DNA from: an uncultured delta proteobacterium
GTDB lineage: Bacteria; Desulfobacterota; Binatia; UBA9968
Length of the DNA stretch: 64,000 bases
Direction: 5' to 3'
Assembly: GCA_963745835.1 (NCBI GenBank)
Contig: CAVUZH010000003.1
Coordinates: forward strand, 544,001-608,000
Shown: piece by piece, positions 59,994 to 64,000 of the stretch
Numbering within the stretch: position 1 is the first letter of the stretch
How the letters are laid out: every line of letters begins with the position of its first letter
Translations under genes and position numbers: made by a program
Notes under the pieces: model-generated
Seen by the model: the letters and a program-made list of their open reading frames with translations, nothing else
The model's database searches: none
Told to the model about the DNA's origin: nothing

Positions 59994-60983
59994 ATGAAAC
60001 ATCTTCGACTTGTATTTTTCATCGCATTGCTGCTCGCCGCCCGAGAAGCGCAGGCCCAACAGAAATTCCTCATGGGCTATTCTTCGTTTAGCGCAAACCA
60101 GACTCCTATTTGGGTTGCGAAGGAGGAAGGTTTCTTCAAGCGCTTTGGCACCGAAGCGGACTTAATCCTCATCGAAGGCGGCACTCGTGGCGCTCAGGCA
60201 TTAATTTCCGGGGACATTCCGATTATGGGAATGGCGGGGCAACCGGTAATCAGCGCGCGAGCCCGGGGCGCCGATCTGACGATGATTGCGGGCACGGTCA
60301 ACAAAATGAATTACGTTCTGATCGGGGCGCCAAGCATGAAGAAGCCCGAGGATCTCAAAGGCAAACGCATCGGCGCGGCGCAGGCCGGCACCGCGTCCTA
60401 TCATGCGGTTTTGCTTGGACTGAAACACTGGGGACTGGACCCGCGCCGGGATCAAATTACCATCCTGCAAATCGGCAACCAAGGCGCCCGCGTGGCATCC
60501 CTGCAGTCGGGAGGCAGTGATGCGATCATCGTTAATCCCGGCCTGGGACCATCGCTGAAAGAACGGGGCAATAATATTATCGCCGATTTCACAGAGCTGC
60601 CGATTGCTTATCCGCAACAAACCGTTAGCGTGCGGGAGCGCACGTTGAAGAGCGACAGTGAGTTCGTCGAGAAGGTACTAAAAGGCGTTGTTGCGGGAAA
60701 CAGCTTTAGCTTGGATCCTAAAAATAAAGAGCGGGTTAACCAGGTGATCGCCAAGTACCTACGTCTGGAGCGAGTGGCGCAAGCTGAAGAACATTACCAG
60801 GCAGCGCTTAAGGTCATGGCGCCAAAGCCGTACGTCGACGTCCCCAGTATCGCTTCAATGATCGAATTCATCGCCGAATCCGATCCGTTGGTTGCCAAAG
60901 TGAAACCGGAGATGGTGATCAATCACGCGATTCTGAAGAAGCTCGACGACAGCGGGTTTTTCGAGCAGGTGTCGAGGCGGTGA
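59994..60983 (+). CDS. NitT/TauT-family ABC substrate-binding protein
   Basis: WVAKEEGFF, EDLKGKRIG, LDDSGFF. Confidence 0.92.
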   Translation: MKHLRLVFFIALLLAAREAQAQQKFLMGYSSFSANQTPIWVAKEEGFFKRFGTEADLILIEGGTRGAQALISGDIPIMGMAGQPVISARARGADLTMIAGTVNKMNYVLIGAPSMKKPEDLKGKRIGAAQAGTASYHAVLLGLKHWGLDPRRDQITILQIGNQGARVASLQSGGSDAIIVNPGLGPSLKERGNNIIADFTELPIAYPQQTVSVRERTLKSDSEFVEKVLKGVVAGNSFSLDPKNKERVNQVIAKYLRLERVAQAEEHYQAALKVMAPKPYVDVPSIASMIEFIAESDPLVAKVKPEMVINHAILKKLDDSGFFEQVSRR

Positions 60984-61340
60984 ACGCGACTGACTTCGCG
61001 TGTCGTTCCTCTCGGGCCGATGAATTACACGCATGAGAGGCGTTAACAGCCGGCTGATTGTTATGAAACCCGGAGCGCCAGCCGAAATAACCCGCCACCG
61101 TTAATGAGATAACCTGCCGCGCCGGTTGGCTTCTTCCGTAAGGCTTACATTGACAAGATAATCTGTCTGATCGATATTGCGAACGATTTGTATTCATTCT
61201 CAGAGCCGTCGCCGGAGATAAGCGGATCGGCATTTGTCGACGCCTTCGGCGGCTCGCTTAACAGTAGACATCCAGAGAGAGAGAAAGCCGCCTGTTCTGA
61301 CTTTCAGTGTGGGTAGTATAAAGGAGAGGCTTGAACGGCA

Positions 61341-62345
61341 ATGCAGATCCGTGAACCGGTATTACTCACAGGCGCTGGTTTCACGCGGAATTTTGGAGGA
61401 TTCCTTACCAACCAAATGTGGGATAAGGTCTTCAACCACGAGCAGGTGCAGCACTATCCGTCCTTGGTCAATCTCCTGAAAGACAACTTTGATTTCGAAT
61501 CCGTCTATAACGAGGTGATGGATGGAAACGGCTACCCTCCGGAAGCCCAGATGGCGCTGCAGCAAGCCGTTAAGAACGCATACGATCAGCTCGATGACGC
61601 TACCCGAAACTACTGGGGTTCTTCTGCTTATATTTCTTCGGCCTCACAACCCCTCGTGAACTGGCAAAGCTTTAGCAAACTCCTGGAGCACTTCGCGAGT
61701 GAGGGAAAGGCCAGAGGTTATATTTTCACATTGAATCAGGATCTCTTTGTAGAGCGCTGGCATTCTGGAGACAAGAAACTGCTCAGGATTCTTAGCATGA
61801 CGCCTGGGGTAGACTTTAAAGGCAAAACGCCGTGTCTTGGTTGCGCGGGGGCGAGTTAACCCCAGAGTATTACTTTCAAGCCCCGAGCAATCCTACAGAA
61901 GTCCCAGAGGGTATTTCCAATCTTCTCTATTACGTCAAATTGCATGGGTCAATGAATTGGAGTCAAGTGACGGCGAGATCCAGGTGAACGGCGGGAACAA
62001 ACCTGCCCAGATGCATCGTGAGAAACTTCTGCAGTGGTATTTTAACCTTTTTCAGGAGGTACTCTCTTGTCCAAACCGGCGCCTACTGGTGATTGGTAAC
62101 GGCTTTCAGATCTCCATATTAATGCAGTCATTGCCCGATCTATCCGACAGTATGGCCTCAAAATGTATCTCATTGCCCCCAAAAGCCCAAGATTTTAAGG
62201 ACGGACTCTCCAGGGACGGTGACGAGGACAAAAAGACATTATGGCAAGGTCTTACGCGCTATTGGAACCGGGAGCTGAAGGATGTATGTCCAGCGAATCA
62301 GTCATACTTCGCAGAAGACTCAGAAGAACAATATTTCTGCAATGA
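61341..62345 (+). pseudogene. SIR2-like (SIR2_2) protein with several frameshifts
   Basis: LLTGAGF, FTLNQD, YVKLHGSMNW (61931, different frame), LLVIG.GF then DLHIN in a shifted frame. Confidence 0.82.
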
Positions 62346-62404
62346 CTACGCGACATCTCCACGCTTGGACCCGTATGCATACTGGTGCTTTCTGACGCCC
62401 AGGC

Positions 62405-63069
62405 GTTAGACCGCACAACCTCATCACGAATGATTCGGAAATACATCAGGCCCGGGACACAGCTTCCGCTGAGGCTGTCGACGAGCGAACGGGACCTCGT
62501 GGTGGAGAAGGCGTTCTTGGATCCGCGGGTTGAGCTGACCCTCCAACGGGCTATCGCGGTCGGCTCCAAGCTCGTGGTCAACTTGAATCTGGTTGACATC
62601 GACGATCTTCTTGGTTGTGTGGCGGCCGAGGCGAATCATTGCGACGACGGCAAAGTCAGGCGCGTGCTCGATGCGATCTGCGATCGCTCAGTGCGTTACT
62701 GGACGAATTCACCGATGAGGCGCCGGCTCCTAAGACGGCCGGTCCCGCGCCGAGTTGAAGCCGCGGTTCACGCCCAAGCAAGGTCAGTATCTGGCTTTCA
62801 TTCACTCGTACAGGGAGCTGCATCGGACACCACCGGCCGAGGCGGATCTTCAGCGGTATTCAAGGTGACGCCTCCTGCTGTGCATACAATGGTCTTGACA
62901 CTGAGCGGCAGGGGCTCGTCGATCGGACACCCGGCCAAGCTCGGTCAATTCGGCTTCGAGTTCCGGCGGCGGAGCTACCGGACATGGGTGAGGCTGATCG
63001 CGCGGTCTAACAAGGGAAGGAGCCGACGCGGCTGGTGAGTCAAAAGGCCGCGCGGCTCATTCGCGATCG
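62405..63069 (+). mobile_element. Integron-type gene cassette
   Basis: Begins GTTAGACCGC (62405-62414); ends in an attC whose R'' region GCGGTCTAAC (63002-63011) is its exact reverse complement. Confidence 0.82.
62430..63010 (+). pseudogene. Cassette ORF: N-terminal unknown domain + LexA/MarR-like winged HTH, frameshifted
   Basis: Reconstructed FTPKQGQYLAFIH.Y..LH..PPAEADLQRY(F)KVTPPAVHTMVLTL(E)RQGLV.R.PGQARSI...; TAA at 63008-63010 lies inside R''. Confidence 0.78.
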
Positions 63070-63075
63070 TTATTC
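63005..63075 (+). other. attC recombination site
   Basis: GTCTAAC (R'') - GAGCCGAC (L'') - GCGGC..GCCGC inner stem - GCGGCTC (L') - GTTATTC (R'). Confidence 0.82.
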
Positions 63076-64000
63076 CCAATTCTGTTCCGCCGCCGCGTTC
63101 TGACCGGCGATTTTTCCTGCGACAAAACATTCCGTGATGTTTCCCGCTTCCAAGTAAAGATGTCCGTAGATCGAGCTGATCTCGCCGGCGACATAGAGCC
63201 GCGGGATCGGATTCTTCATCGGATCGAGGACGCGCTGCTCGACGTCGTGTTCGGGCCCGCCTTGAGTGTTATTCACAATCGGCCAAGCTTCGACGACATA
63301 GAAGGGCGGATTCTTGATGGCCATCATGGTTTTCGGCGGACGTTTATGGTCGTTGTCTTGGCCGTCTTCGCAGAGTGAATTCCAGCGCTCTACCGTTGCT
63401 CTTAGCACTTTTGGATTCACATCGATTTGCCCGGCGATGTCTTCCAGTGAATTTCCTTTTTTGATCCAGCCCTTATTTATCTCGGCGAGATTATCCTCGC
63501 TCCAGGTCGCGTCGTAGCGCTGGTCGTTGACGATGGGGATTCCGATCGGTCCGAGTTTTCTGCCTTCCTCGTCGAAGATGAGATAGCAGGGAATGCGGGG
63601 ATAATCCTGAATATCGGCATCATAAAACTCCAAAGCCCGGGTGCCGGTGTCCTGCGGCGCCGGTGGATACTCGTCCATGAAGCGCTTGCCGAATTTATCG
63701 ACCGCTATCCAGATCATTTTACGGTTCTCGTTGCGCGGACCAGCCCAGACATGGCGAATCGCGAACGGCAGCTCGGGAAACTTAAAACCGTAGCCGCCAT
63801 GGAAGTGCCACATATGCCAGAGTCCGGCCCCTGCTTTCTGCGCCATCTTGATGCCGTCACCGGTGTTGCCGAGGTAGACTGGGTAGACGGGTTGCGCTTC
63901 GAAGTATTGCAGCTTCATAGCATCGTCGTTCTCATAACCGCCACAGGCTAGTACGACACCTTTCCTGGCTCTGATGCGCAGCGGCTTACCATCATGTTCG
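63070..64000 (-). CDS. FAD-binding oxidoreductase (FrdA/3-ketosteroid dehydrogenase-like), 5' part beyond the window
   Basis: Frame open to the right edge (VVLACGGYE), GNTGDGI.MA, NTQGG, IPRLY.AGE. Confidence 0.88.
   Translation of the reverse strand, partial: EHDGKPLRIRARKGVVLACGGYENDDAMKLQYFEAQPVYPVYLGNTGDGIKMAQKAGAGLWHMWHFHGGYGFKFPELPFAIRHVWAGPRNENRKMIWIAVDKFGKRFMDEYPPAPQDTGTRALEFYDADIQDYPRIPCYLIFDEEGRKLGPIGIPIVNDQRYDATWSEDNLAEINKGWIKKGNSLEDIAGQIDVNPKVLRATVERWNSLCEDGQDNDHKRPPKTMMAIKNPPFYVVEAWPIVNNTQGGPEHDVEQRVLDPMKNPIPRLYVAGEISSIYGHLYLEAGNITECFVAGKIAGQNAAAEQNWE

Overview
Bacterial chromosomal window (roughly 55% GC by eye) dominated by small-molecule uptake and catabolism genes. It has 11 apparently intact substrate-binding proteins (7 NitT/TauT-type, 2 AfuA-type, 2 Bug/TctC) but only one ABC permease. 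It also has three amidohydrolases, a xanthine-dehydrogenase-family molybdoenzyme operon, tcuAB, a thiolase/DUF35 pair, two ornithine-cyclodeaminase paralogs, ettA and three c-type cytochromes. This gene content resembles Candidatus Binatia/related Deltaproteobacteria (inference only). Most notable non-obvious features: (1) a promoter-driven leader at 50572-50800 (-) with two structured elements, each tied to its own intrinsic terminator, lying between a DUF2294/MpsC gene and the sole ABC permease; one element resembles the DUF1646 Na+ riboswitch and the other has a visible antiterminator. (2) An integron-type cassette with attC but no integrase at 62405-63075, next to a decayed SIR2-like gene. 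(3) A TA/defence island at 9.3-16.9 kb punctuated by a repeated AAGATTCAAGACGCGACCCC motif. (4) A cytochrome c with a contracted CGCH heme motif. (5) An orphan c-di-GMP-I-like RNA. (6) Several decayed gene-fragment duplicates that bracket gene blocks. (7) Two MITE families. No rRNA, tRNA or CRISPR array was seen. All family assignments come from motif recognition by eye; no searches were run.
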